64,000 nt of DNA from Chloroflexia bacterium (GTDB lineage Bacteria; Chloroflexota; Chloroflexia; QHBQ01; JADMIH01): positions 9 to 64,008 of the forward strand of contig DATINP010000184.1 of assembly GCA_035474135.1 (NCBI GenBank), in the 5' to 3' direction. The first letter of the stretch is position 1, and the number at the start of each line of letters is the position of its first letter. Position numbers and translations under genes: made by a program. The notes below the pieces were generated by a model. That model saw only the letters and a program-made list of their open reading frames with translations, made no database searches and was not told the DNA's origin. Positions 19,002 through 27,902 of the stretch are shown in pieces.

Positions 19002-19538
19002 TTACTTTTCGTTCGCCAATTCTAGAAGCAGATCGCGCAAGTCAAGTGGGTCCGTCGTCATATTGAGATTACCTTCATCGTCAATAGGCCAGTCGGCGCG
19101 GTCACGGTCCCAGTAGAGTTCGATGCCGTTGCCGTCAGGATCGTGCAGATAGATTGCCTGGCTGACCCCGTGGTCGGATGCGCCGTCGATCTGTATGCCG
19201 TGTTCCAGCACTCTGCGGAAAGCGCGTGCCAGTTCTACGCGGGTGGGATAGAGGATGGCGAAGTGGTACAATCCCGGGTGGTTGCGGGGTGCGGGTGGGC
19301 CGCCCAGGCTCTCCCAGGTGTTTAGCCCCAGGTGGTGGTGATACCCGCCTGCGGAGAGGAACGCGGCGCCTCTGCCATAGCGCGCCTGTAGCTCAAAGCC
19401 GAGCACATTGGTGTAAAAGTCCACCGCGCGCTCGAGGTCTGATACCTTGAGGTGTACGTGGCCGATGACTGTCTGTGGGTGGATGGCAGGCTCTTGCGTC
19501 TCTTGCTTTGCGACTTCTGTCTTGCTGTTTATATTCAT
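19002..19538 (-). CDS. VOC/glyoxalase-family protein (CatE-like)
   Basis: IGHVHLKVSDL, AGGYHHHLGLNTW, GLYHFAI, DHGVSQAIYLHDPDGNGIELY. Confidence 0.9.
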   Translation of the reverse strand: MNINSKTEVAKQETQEPAIHPQTVIGHVHLKVSDLERAVDFYTNVLGFELQARYGRGAAFLSAGGYHHHLGLNTWESLGGPPAPRNHPGLYHFAILYPTRVELARAFRRVLEHGIQIDGASDHGVSQAIYLHDPDGNGIELYWDRDRADWPIDDEGNLNMTTDPLDLRDLLLELANEK

Positions 19539-19643
19539 TTTTATTCTTCCTTTATATTATCGGTCGAGCCGGTCCTTCGCCCTGCTCCAAGCATTATATG
19601 GACCGCACCGCCAGTGATTACGTTCCTTAATAGTATATACGTT

Positions 19644-20051
19644 TCAGGGTTTCAAAGTTAGAGGCCTCAATCTGGATCTTAGCCAATCGGTAAAATCTTT
19701 GAGAGCCCCCTCATCTTTGTCGTTCCTGGTGATGGCATCTATAATCTGCCTGGCGAATTCGTCACGCTCGCTATGCACCATATAGCCGTTCAGTTGGATC
19801 ATGACATCGCCTGCCGCAAGGGCTGCACGTTTGTTGCCATCGACAAAAGGGTGTGCCTGTGCTATGCCCACAATTAACAGGGCTGCCTGCCTGGCCAGAT
19901 CAGCATCCTCGTAATAGGCTGCCATTTGTGGTTGCATTAGTGCACTCTCGAGCTCTGCTTCTCCTTTGTCTCGCAATTGCGAGTCCTGGTTATAGAGGGC
20001 CATTATTTCGGAGCGCAGAGCAATTATGTCTGATACATTGGGATAGCGCAC
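19644..20051 (-). CDS. doc: Fic/Doc-family toxin (death-on-curing type)
   Basis: HPFVDGNKRAA Fic/Doc motif, LESAL motif; follows a small AbrB gene. Confidence 0.9.
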   Translation of the reverse strand: MRYPNVSDIIALRSEIMALYNQDSQLRDKGEAELESALMQPQMAAYYEDADLARQAALLIVGIAQAHPFVDGNKRAALAAGDVMIQLNGYMVHSERDEFARQIIDAITRNDKDEGALKDFTDWLRSRLRPLTLKP

Positions 20052-20075
20052 GAGGTACTGTACCTTCCCTTGGTC

Positions 20076-20291
20076 CTAGTTGTCGGCCAGGTAGTCGTAA
20101 TCCTCTTTATGTATTTTCAGCGAACGCTCGAAGGCCGCACGCACATCAGGATCCATTTGCACCCTATACTCAACTTTGCGTACATCCAGGGATACTACGT
20201 CTCCTTCGTGAAGGTCCAGACGTTCCATTTCATCCTTTGGAATAGTTACGATGTAGCTGTTACCCGATTTTCGTACTTTCTGCATTACCAT
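20076..20291 (-). CDS. AbrB/MazE-family antitoxin
   Basis: KVRKSGNSYIVTIPK...LHEGDVV AbrB signature; AAGGAGG before ATG 20291. Confidence 0.88.
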   Translation of the reverse strand: MVMQKVRKSGNSYIVTIPKDEMERLDLHEGDVVSLDVRKVEYRVQMDPDVRAAFERSLKIHKEDYDYLADN

Positions 20292-20333
20292 AGTGAGGAC
20301 CTCCTTCTCGATTTCCAAAGAGCATACAAAACA

Positions 20334-20376
20334 GGTATTGTGTATACAGTATATACGGTATACACAATACCGTCAA
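20334..20376 (-). promoter_or_regulatory. sigma70 promoter TTGACG-N17-TATACT overlapped by a 38-bp palindrome (TA operator)
   Basis: -35 at 20376-20371, -10 at 20353-20348; arms GGTATTGTGTATAC (20334-20347) and GTATACACAATACC (20358-20371). Confidence 0.85.
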
Positions 20377-20400
20377 TCCTTTCGGGCTTCCTATATTGCT

Positions 20401-22509
20401 TTAGAACCGCACCAACTCCTCTAGCGCCGCCGTGATCTTAGCCGATGTGGGCATGACCGCGTCGAACAGGTTCTGGTGGGTGGGCGAGGGCACATCGGCA
20501 CACGCCACTCGCTTCACGGGGGCGTCCAGGTAGGCGAATGCTTCATCGGCCACCTGGGCGGCAATTTCTGCCCCGAAGCCACAGGTGATCGTATCTTCGT
20601 GTACGATCAGCACGCGCCCTATCTCCTTCACCGCTTGCATGACCGCGTCGTGGTCCCAGGGCACTACCGTCCTCAGATCGAGGATGCGGGTTTCGGCCCC
20701 CGTGCTTTGTGCAACTGCGTTGGCGGCTTCGATAGACCGGTAGACGGTGTCACCCCAGGTAACAATGAGCGCGTCGTCGCCCTCGCGCACCTGCGCCGCT
20801 TTGCCAAATGGGAGCATATAGTCAGGGCCGGGATAAGGCGCGTTGGCTTCCCTCAACCTGTACAGCAGGCGATGCTCCAGGAAGGCCACGGGGTTATCGC
20901 CTCGCAAGGCTGTGCGCAGCAAGCCCACGGCGTCCACTGCCGAGGATGGGTAGGCGATCTGCCAGCCGGGCAGGTGAGCGAACATCGCCTCGCCGCATAC
21001 CGCGTGCCAGGGGTCGCCGCCCATAAGCTGGTAACCAACGGGGATACGCAGTACCATCGGTCCGCCGAAGCGTCCGTTGGTGCGCCAGCGGAGGCTGCCC
21101 GCATCCACGATCTGCTCGTGCGCGGGGTCGGCGTACTTGCGGAACTGGATTTCGGGCACGGGACGCAGTCCGCACATCGACATACCGACAGCCCTGCCGA
21201 CGATGCCTTCCTCGTTCAGGCTTGTGTCGAAACAGCGCGCCTCGCCGTATTTGGCCTGCAAGCCATCGGTCAGGCGGTGGACGCCGCCGAACGCGCCCAC
21301 GTCTTCGCCGAACACCAGGATAGAGGGGTCGAGCGCCATCTCGTCGTCCAGAGTTTTTATGAGGCTGGCCTGCAACGTGAGGCGAGGGCCTTGCGTATTG
21401 GGCGCGGTTTCGGGCACTTCATGGGCTGGCGCGAACAGATGGTCCGTCGCGGTTGACGCCTGTGGCTCTTGTCCCTGTGCCCAGGTGGCTTCGCCCTGCT
21501 CTCGCGCAAACTCTGCGGCCTGCTCGGTCATCTCCTCTATGCGGGATGCGGGCACGTCTCGCTTGTCCTGCAACCAGGCTATCAGGCGGGCCAGGGGGTC
21601 GCGGCGGGCATCTTCAGCCTTTTCCTCGGCGCTCTTGTACGCGGCGGGATCCTGCCAGTTGTGTCCTGTCAGGCGCGGTACCTTCACGTGCACCAGTTGG
21701 GGACCTTCGCCACTGCGTGCTCCGGCGATGGCGCTGTGTATCGCGCTGTAGAGAGCCTCTATTTCGCCTCCCTCTACAGATTGTATCCTTATGCCCTGAA
21801 AATTAGCCAGGTTGTCGACGACCGAAGGCGCGGCGGTCTGGTAGCGCCAGGGTACGGACAGGGCGTACTGGTTGTCCTCGATCAGCATGATGTAGGGGAG
21901 TTGGTGCTGGGTGGCGATGTTGATCGCGCTCCAGAAGCCGTTGGTAGAGGTCGCGCCGTCCCCCGCATGGGCCACCGCCACAGCGCCCCTGTATTCGTCT
22001 TCGCCCATACTCTCGGCGCGGTACTGGACGGCCTGCGCCCAACCGATGGCGGGGGTGAACTGCGCGCCCACATCGCCTGATGCCGGGAGAACGGTCACGC
22101 CGCCAGGCTGCTTGTGGTTGAACACTACACCTATGTCACGCCCGCCCGACACCCCTTCCAGCTTGTGCATATTGCTGGCGAACGCCTCGAACGGGCTAAG
22201 GCCCACTCCAAGCATGAGCGGTCGCGAGCGATAATATACGGTAGCGCCGTCGTGGGCATGATTGAGCAGGGAGGCAGTTACCAACTGGGATATTTCATGC
22301 CCCTTGGCCCCGAACTGGAACTTGAGCCGCCCCTCATGTGGCTTGTCAGGGTTGGGACGGTATTCTTTGGAGACCTCGAGGTCGTCCATCGCCCGTGAAA
22401 TAAGGGCGCGCTCAAGCACGGTCAACCACCACTCTGTGCTGGGGTTGTTAGTGTCGGCAGGGGCTGCTAATGGCCGCCATTCCGCGGCGGTACGTTTGAT
22501 CCTAAGCAT
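20401..22509 (-). CDS. Fused 2-oxoacid dehydrogenase E1 alpha+beta (TPP-dependent)
   Basis: GDGATSTNGF...N ThDP motif, EDNQYALS, FGEDVGAFGGVHR, LNEEGIVG, VPEIQF, LDLRTVVPWD. Confidence 0.92.
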   Translation of the reverse strand: MLRIKRTAAEWRPLAAPADTNNPSTEWWLTVLERALISRAMDDLEVSKEYRPNPDKPHEGRLKFQFGAKGHEISQLVTASLLNHAHDGATVYYRSRPLMLGVGLSPFEAFASNMHKLEGVSGGRDIGVVFNHKQPGGVTVLPASGDVGAQFTPAIGWAQAVQYRAESMGEDEYRGAVAVAHAGDGATSTNGFWSAINIATQHQLPYIMLIEDNQYALSVPWRYQTAAPSVVDNLANFQGIRIQSVEGGEIEALYSAIHSAIAGARSGEGPQLVHVKVPRLTGHNWQDPAAYKSAEEKAEDARRDPLARLIAWLQDKRDVPASRIEEMTEQAAEFAREQGEATWAQGQEPQASTATDHLFAPAHEVPETAPNTQGPRLTLQASLIKTLDDEMALDPSILVFGEDVGAFGGVHRLTDGLQAKYGEARCFDTSLNEEGIVGRAVGMSMCGLRPVPEIQFRKYADPAHEQIVDAGSLRWRTNGRFGGPMVLRIPVGYQLMGGDPWHAVCGEAMFAHLPGWQIAYPSSAVDAVGLLRTALRGDNPVAFLEHRLLYRLREANAPYPGPDYMLPFGKAAQVREGDDALIVTWGDTVYRSIEAANAVAQSTGAETRILDLRTVVPWDHDAVMQAVKEIGRVLIVHEDTITCGFGAEIAAQVADEAFAYLDAPVKRVACADVPSPTHQNLFDAVMPTSAKITAALEELVRF

Positions 22510-22635
22510 TTCGGGCTAACTCCTCGTTGAGTTCTTTCTCAGGTGAGCAATAGTGTCGCTAACCTATAATATACCAGAAAGCGCAGGATGCTGATAAACA
22601 GGACGACGAACAATCGAAGGCATGCGTACGGCGTA

Positions 22636-23976
22636 TCACGCCCGGACGCTGACTTTCATTGGCATACCACCCGGAATGTAGGAGTTGTAGAAGCCTGCGG
22701 ACACGGGCTTCTTGCCGGTGGCAGGTTCCAGTTTGTAATACTGCAAGACGTGCGCCGCCAGTGTCCGGGTCTCGATCAGGGCGAAGTGCTGGCCTATGCA
22801 CACGCGAGAACCGCCCCCGAAGGTTACGAGCGAATAGGGGGTTTGCTTGTCCTCCTCGCGAGGCGGAGCGAGCCTATCGGGGTCGAAGCGGGTGGGGTCC
22901 TTCCACACAGAGGGAAGGTAGTGGGTGCCGCCCAGCGACAGGCGCACCATCGTGCCCGCCGGGATTGTGTAGCCCGCAAATTCGCACTCCTCCACGACAC
23001 CGCGAGGCACGTTTATGACGGGCGGGTGCATCCTGCCAGTTTCGCGTACAAAGTTGTCCAGGTGCTTGAGCGAGCGGATAGTCTCTATGGAAGGCTCGCT
23101 CGCGTCGCCCATAGCCGCGTTTAGCTCATCCAGAATGCGAGAGCGATGTTCGGGCATTGTCGACAGGAGATAGAGAGTCCACGCTCCCAGGGTAGTTGTG
23201 GTCTCGTGGCCAGCCAGCAGGAGGATATTGAGGTGACCCAGCACCTGTTCGTCTGTTAGCAGGCTGCCGTCCTCGAAACGTGAATGGGTGATCAGGCTCA
23301 GCACATCACGTGGGCGCTCCTCGGCGGCTGCGGCTCGACGCTCGCGAATCATCTCGACCAGCAGGCCGAACAGCTCGGCACGCATCTCATAGTACCGGAC
23401 CATGAAGTCCTCGAACGAGCCTTCAATGCTTTCAAAGCCGTGGGTCAAGGCGTAAAAGAGTGTGCGTATGTGGTCAACGGGCGCACCCGCTTGGAACCCA
23501 GCCAGGGCCGAGGCCGCTATGTCGAAGGTGATCTCCCGCGATTCGGTGTAGAGGTCTATTTCGCCGCGCTCAGGCCAGGTCGCGGTGCGCGCCTCGATCA
23601 CCTGCTGCATGATGGGCAGGTAGGTGCCCATGTAGGCCGAGGTAAAGGCGGGGTTCCACATCTTGCGGTGGACTGCGTGCTCCGGGTCGTCCATCGTCAG
23701 CAGGCCGCGCCCGAAGGCGTCGTTGATCAGGGGCGACCAGCCGATCTCGTGGCTGAAGTGTTGGCGGTGGGTGTTCATTACGAAGCGATTAGCTTCAGGC
23801 CCCACCATGGAGAGGCGCATCTGCCCCTCTTCTTCGGGCGAAGTAGCCACCCACCGGAACAGCGGACCGTACTCAACCGCGCTGTCGGCCAGCACTTTGC
23901 AAAGATCACCGCGAGAATAAGCCGCGTCAAGCCTCGAAACATCTAGCAACGGTATTTCAGTATAAAGTTTAGCCAT
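22636..23976 (-). CDS. Cytochrome P450
   Basis: LAGHETT (I helix), ETGR (ExxR), FDPDR, FGGGSRVCIG heme-Cys motif. Confidence 0.95.
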   Translation of the reverse strand: MAKLYTEIPLLDVSRLDAAYSRGDLCKVLADSAVEYGPLFRWVATSPEEEGQMRLSMVGPEANRFVMNTHRQHFSHEIGWSPLINDAFGRGLLTMDDPEHAVHRKMWNPAFTSAYMGTYLPIMQQVIEARTATWPERGEIDLYTESREITFDIAASALAGFQAGAPVDHIRTLFYALTHGFESIEGSFEDFMVRYYEMRAELFGLLVEMIRERRAAAAEERPRDVLSLITHSRFEDGSLLTDEQVLGHLNILLLAGHETTTTLGAWTLYLLSTMPEHRSRILDELNAAMGDASEPSIETIRSLKHLDNFVRETGRMHPPVINVPRGVVEECEFAGYTIPAGTMVRLSLGGTHYLPSVWKDPTRFDPDRLAPPREEDKQTPYSLVTFGGGSRVCIGQHFALIETRTLAAHVLQYYKLEPATGKKPVSAGFYNSYIPGGMPMKVSVRA

Positions 23977-23988
23977 TGCAATCTCCTC

Positions 23989-24016
23989 AGTGGGCAGTGA
24001 TCAGTGACCGGTGACC
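23989..24016. repeat. Heptamer array (AGTGGGC AGTGATC AGTGACC GGTGACC)
   Basis: Read directly upstream of the P450 start. Confidence 0.75.
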
Positions 24017-24048
24017 AGTTGGACGACTGGTTACCGACGCATTACGTA

Positions 24049-24453
24049 TTACGTCTTCCCTACGTCTCTGCCTTTAGGATACTTCGTATCACCGTGAATC
24101 CCCCAACTCGCCACCCTCATGGGTGTCAGCCGGATAAACGTGGGGCCAACGCCCTCGGCGAGGTCGCCTCCGCCCGTAGCATGGGCCTCGGCCCTCCCCC
24201 GGATCTCGACGCCGCGCGGCCTGTGGTCCTCAATATCGTCCACCACGAACGCGGCGCGGCCTGTGGCTTCCACATCTCGATATTTCTTGGTGCCGCCCAC
24301 ATCGCTCCCCACCAGATCTATAACGTCCAGTTGAGAATTGTACTTGAAGCGCAGGGGGACGACGTGCAGGTCGCCCTTCGCGTCGATAGTAGCCACGCGT
24401 CCGATGCGCTTGCTTTGCAGGAATTCGAGTTCGGCTTCGGTAAATACGCTCAT
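24049..24453 (-). CDS. PPOX-class putative F420-dependent enzyme
   Basis: FTEAELEFL...GRVAT...HVVP, KKYRDV, AFVVDD, RGVEIRGRAE. Confidence 0.85.
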   Translation of the reverse strand: MSVFTEAELEFLQSKRIGRVATIDAKGDLHVVPLRFKYNSQLDVIDLVGSDVGGTKKYRDVEATGRAAFVVDDIEDHRPRGVEIRGRAEAHATGGGDLAEGVGPTFIRLTPMRVASWGIHGDTKYPKGRDVGKT

Positions 24454-24482
24454 TATGTGTTCTCGCTTTCGGTGGGGTTGTT

Positions 24483-24503
24483 CTGAGTGCTGAGTGCTGA
24501 GGG
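24483..24503. repeat. Heptamer array (CTGAGTG)x2 CTGAGGG
   Basis: Read directly. Confidence 0.7.
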
Positions 24504-24566
24504 GTTAGGAATTAGTGCTCATGACGCGTTAGGAGTTGCGCATGGTACATGGTACTTCCATTTGTA

Positions 24567-25163
24567 CTATGAAGGCAATCGCTTGGTGTTCTCTCTGCTT
24601 GTGCGTGTGAGCTTCCTACGCTGACCGAGATACTCCCTTTTTGCACTCATATATTCCTGATACCTTGTACGTGACTGTTTTGCCATCCAACCACAGATAG
24701 CGAGTGGTAGCACAACACCTATAATGCTAACCTCTAACCATTGGGATATGCTCAAATTGGGTGTGAGTTGTATGAATGCCACCATAATAATCATTGACAT
24801 CAGCAAACCTAAAACCAAGAAAGCCGCCGCTCCGGCTTTGCTGGGTTCAATCGGCGCTCCTCGGTTACCACGAACCATGTATGGCGCGCGCTTATCTTCC
24901 CATTCCTGGTCGAGCGATAACAGTGCAAGTTTTAGCTTCATGCGCTCAAACTCAGCATCATTGACTGTCCCGACCTCGATTTGCCTCTCAGGCGCATCCG
25001 AACGCACAGGCGCTTCGGCATCGAGCACCTCCGTGTAACGAGCAGTTTCGCCCCGTCGCACGACGAGATGCACGCCGCAACGCGCGCAGGTGGCATAGTT
25101 GGCGGTGGTGGGTAGTTCGATCATCTCGCCACAGTTGTTACAGGAGAGGGTTTCCATTGGCAT
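24567..25163 (-). CDS. Hypothetical membrane protein with an N-terminal zinc ribbon
   Basis: CNNC...CARC, a coiled segment, two C-terminal hydrophobic helices. Confidence 0.7.
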   Translation of the reverse strand: MPMETLSCNNCGEMIELPTTANYATCARCGVHLVVRRGETARYTEVLDAEAPVRSDAPERQIEVGTVNDAEFERMKLKLALLSLDQEWEDKRAPYMVRGNRGAPIEPSKAGAAAFLVLGLLMSMIIMVAFIQLTPNLSISQWLEVSIIGVVLPLAICGWMAKQSRTRYQEYMSAKREYLGQRRKLTRTSRENTKRLPS

Positions 25164-25359
25164 AACGGTTTCCTGTGGAATATACGTCGTTCCTCACGGG
25201 GTGTTTCACCCTGGTCTCACAGCACCCTGTGTAAGGCGCGCGTAATCACCACCCTATTATAACCCTCACAGGCGCAAAAGGGTTCGCCCGAGATGTGCGG
25301 GCGGGATGGTTGGAATTGCGGAGTAGTTCGCGGAGGGACGCGCTAAGTCTACTAGATGC

Positions 25360-26370
25360 TTAGCGCCCTGCGGTGATGTAATAGCAGGACCATGCACTCT
25401 GCATGCCGATGCTCCAGGCTTTGGCTGTGGCGAAAATCTGCGACTTCGCATCCCAGATGCTATCTGTTCTGTAGGGATTCCATCGACCCGCCCAGGTGCC
25501 TGGGGCGTACTGGAATAGGCCCAGCCATGCGCCCCCGCCGCCCGAAGCGCGGGGGTTGCCGCCCGACTCGCACATCATTACCCGCCACATCTTATCGACG
25601 CTCTGCGGGTAGGGGTAGGTGGCCCGAGCCTCCTCCATCCACTGGCGGTACTGTGTGAGGGTCGACGTGGCTCCGCCCGCCGGTTGGGTGTTGGTAGAGG
25701 CGGGTTCTGCTGTTTGCGCCGCTTCCTCCTGGGTCAGATACTGCGCCATAGCCCAACCTGTGAGGTCTCCAACTCTAATCTGGTACCAGACTATACCCGC
25801 GTCGTCGGTTACCGGCCCAGCCTGTATACTGACCTTTGTGCCGGGGTCAAGAAGCGCGAGGGTGGTCCCGGCGGGACCCGTGGTCGGCGCTGCGCGTACG
25901 CGTAAATGGTCGCCGTCTGTGTTGGCGACTCGGGCCGTACCCGTCAATTTGCCTGCGGGCGTCTCGGCGGGCGTGCTCTTGCCTTCAAGGAATTCGGCAG
26001 ATATCCAACCCGTACTCGAGGGTGCCTCTACCTTGAACCAGGAGTCACCTTTGCTGTCGCTGGTGGGACCGTCCAGGATACTCACAATCTGGCCCTCATA
26101 TACTGAGCCTATCCTGGCATATTCGGTACCCGCGCCCTTGCGCACCCTGATCGCGTCTCCGTCGGTGTTGACGACAACTGCTTTGCCTCCCACCGCCGGA
26201 AGTGTGGCCGCGAGGGCGGTATTGTGAGCGGCCCCGCTCGCGCCCACCATGAGCACAAGCAGAAGAACTACCCACATAGCCCTTAGCGTCAGTTGCAGTC
26301 GAGGCGTTTCGATACCATGTTCACGAAGTTTAGTCCGCATTTGCATAGTCTCCATGCCATTCCGGCGCAT
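25360..26370 (-). CDS. Secreted cell-wall hydrolase: two SH3b domains plus an Rpf-like lysozyme-fold lytic transglycosylase domain
   Basis: NTDGDAIRVR...W..V..GW and NTDGDHLRVR...WYQI..GW repeats; C-terminal CESGGNP...GLFQY..GTW...AWSC. Start uncertain (26370/26355/26340); the ORF-track start 26511 is likely too long. Confidence 0.8.
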   Translation of the reverse strand: MRRNGMETMQMRTKLREHGIETPRLQLTLRAMWVVLLLVLMVGASGAAHNTALAATLPAVGGKAVVVNTDGDAIRVRKGAGTEYARIGSVYEGQIVSILDGPTSDSKGDSWFKVEAPSSTGWISAEFLEGKSTPAETPAGKLTGTARVANTDGDHLRVRAAPTTGPAGTTLALLDPGTKVSIQAGPVTDDAGIVWYQIRVGDLTGWAMAQYLTQEEAAQTAEPASTNTQPAGGATSTLTQYRQWMEEARATYPYPQSVDKMWRVMMCESGGNPRASGGGGAWLGLFQYAPGTWAGRWNPYRTDSIWDAKSQIFATAKAWSIGMQSAWSCYYITAGR

Positions 26371-26400
26371 ATTAGGTTCGTTGGATATATTTACATGATC

Positions 26401-26455
26401 CCTATACACGGGAGTTGCTCTTATGTCAATAATGCAAACTACGTATCGTTTGCAT
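26401..26455 (-). promoter_or_regulatory. Candidate promoter TTGACA-N17-TATAGG with palindrome ATGCAAAC-N8-GTTTGCAT just upstream of the -35
   Basis: tgtcaa at 26424-26429, cctata at 26401-26406; palindrome arms 26432-26439 and 26448-26455. Confidence 0.5.
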
Positions 26456-26523
26456 ATACGTGGGTAGTCTTTATGCCCCCCTTCCTCAAGCTTATCAGGG
26501 TAGGGCAGCATTTGCCCACCTTG

Positions 26524-27003
26524 TTAGCCTGCGGCAAATTGGCTGGTAATATTTTCCACGCCCGGCTCGTCCAGCCAGGTGCCTTGCAAGTGAATGCGAT
26601 AACCATTAACACGTTCTACATACCGCGCATGTTGTTTCACCACTGCAAAAGGTGCTTTTACCACCAGGTTGGGTACGAAATCCATCCCGAAGAGTATGGC
26701 GATAAGATAATCAAAATCCTGACTATCTAAATTGCGAAGAATGCCGAGCTGCTTTGACGGATTCGCAAGTGTAGGTTGGCGACCCTTTATCTGGTACTTT
26801 GTCCCCGTAGTGACGTCAACGGCATCATATCCAGCCGTAGAATTGGGAGCTAGATGCAATCCTAAAGTCTGGGTCACCAGCCATTCCGTATAATCGCCCA
26901 GGATATTCTTAGTTCGAAGGATATGCAGGTCCTGGAGTTCCTTTATGACCTGAGCATAGTTCTGCATTGATTTTAGCGCTTGTCTGCGTATTTGATCTCC
27001 CAC
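26524..27003 (-). CDS. Hypothetical protein with a PD-(D/E)xK-like nuclease signature
   Basis: LGDYTEWLV...AGYDAVD...KYQIKGR pattern (E...D...QxK); GTG 27003 with AGGAG 7 nt upstream. Confidence 0.55.
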   Translation of the reverse strand: MGDQIRRQALKSMQNYAQVIKELQDLHILRTKNILGDYTEWLVTQTLGLHLAPNSTAGYDAVDVTTGTKYQIKGRQPTLANPSKQLGILRNLDSQDFDYLIAILFGMDFVPNLVVKAPFAVVKQHARYVERVNGYRIHLQGTWLDEPGVENITSQFAAG

Positions 27004-27116
27004 ACATAATCTCCTGAAAGCTGATTGGCTGCCTGCGCCAGATAGGCCGCCCCTATCCCCTGGCTTCCACAGGGCCGTCTTTGGTCTGCTGCGTCCGTCC
27101 GATGTCGTACCCGTGT

Positions 27117-27680
27117 TCAATTACGCACCCTATTCTTGCCCAACAGCCTGGCCTGCTCCCTCTTGAGCGCATTATACGAATCGCCTACATACTGAAGCAG
27201 TTCTGCTCGAGGGAAGGGCAAAAGAGACATCTTCTCGGAATAATCCCCGCTTTCCCACTTTTTGATGACAAGATGATAGCCAACAACGTGAGCACATAGA
27301 TCTCGAAGGCACTGCGGCATTTCCGTTTCGATAAGCAAATCCGACTGTGATAGAACTAGCTCGTACATCCGGTTGTTTATAGGCGCGAACACAGTGGTCA
27401 TCCACAATCGCCAGGCTTCAAGGTCTCCATCGGTCGGCGGATCCTCGTCGCTGAAAAAGTGCTTCCCTGGTCTGTAAATATTTCGGAATTCTTTGAAGAC
27501 AGCCGTTTCGGAATCGATCAAGCCATAAAGTGGACCATAGAAATCACCAAGTTGTTTGTTCACCCTTTCCAGCCGCTGGTTACGCTGTGCCAGGCGCAGG
27601 CCGTTAAGATAGGCTGCCATGTACCCGGCAAGGGCCAGCACAATGGTTACAGTCGTAGTGATCAAAAAAGCATCTGTCAT
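27117..27680 (-). CDS. Hypothetical protein with a single N-terminal TM helix
   Basis: 187-aa ORF, hydrophobic N-terminus, GAGGGG upstream; no recognised enzyme motif. Confidence 0.7.
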   Translation of the reverse strand: MTDAFLITTTVTIVLALAGYMAAYLNGLRLAQRNQRLERVNKQLGDFYGPLYGLIDSETAVFKEFRNIYRPGKHFFSDEDPPTDGDLEAWRLWMTTVFAPINNRMYELVLSQSDLLIETEMPQCLRDLCAHVVGYHLVIKKWESGDYSEKMSLLPFPRAELLQYVGDSYNALKREQARLLGKNRVRN

Positions 27681-27902
27681 GCCCCTCTTACCCCCGCTAG
27701 GCTCTTACTACTATTCGGAATTGCAATTGCCCTGGACTGCATTGCACATCCGGCGAAAGCCGTTCAGCCCAGGCTCAGGCAGTTACATTGTTATACAGAA
27801 TTAGCGCTCATTCTCCAACTTTAGACGCTGTGTTGCAATAACTAAGCAGGTTTGATACAGTGAAGTTTGCCGGCGATTGTCCTCAGAGCAAAGGTCCATT
27901 TG

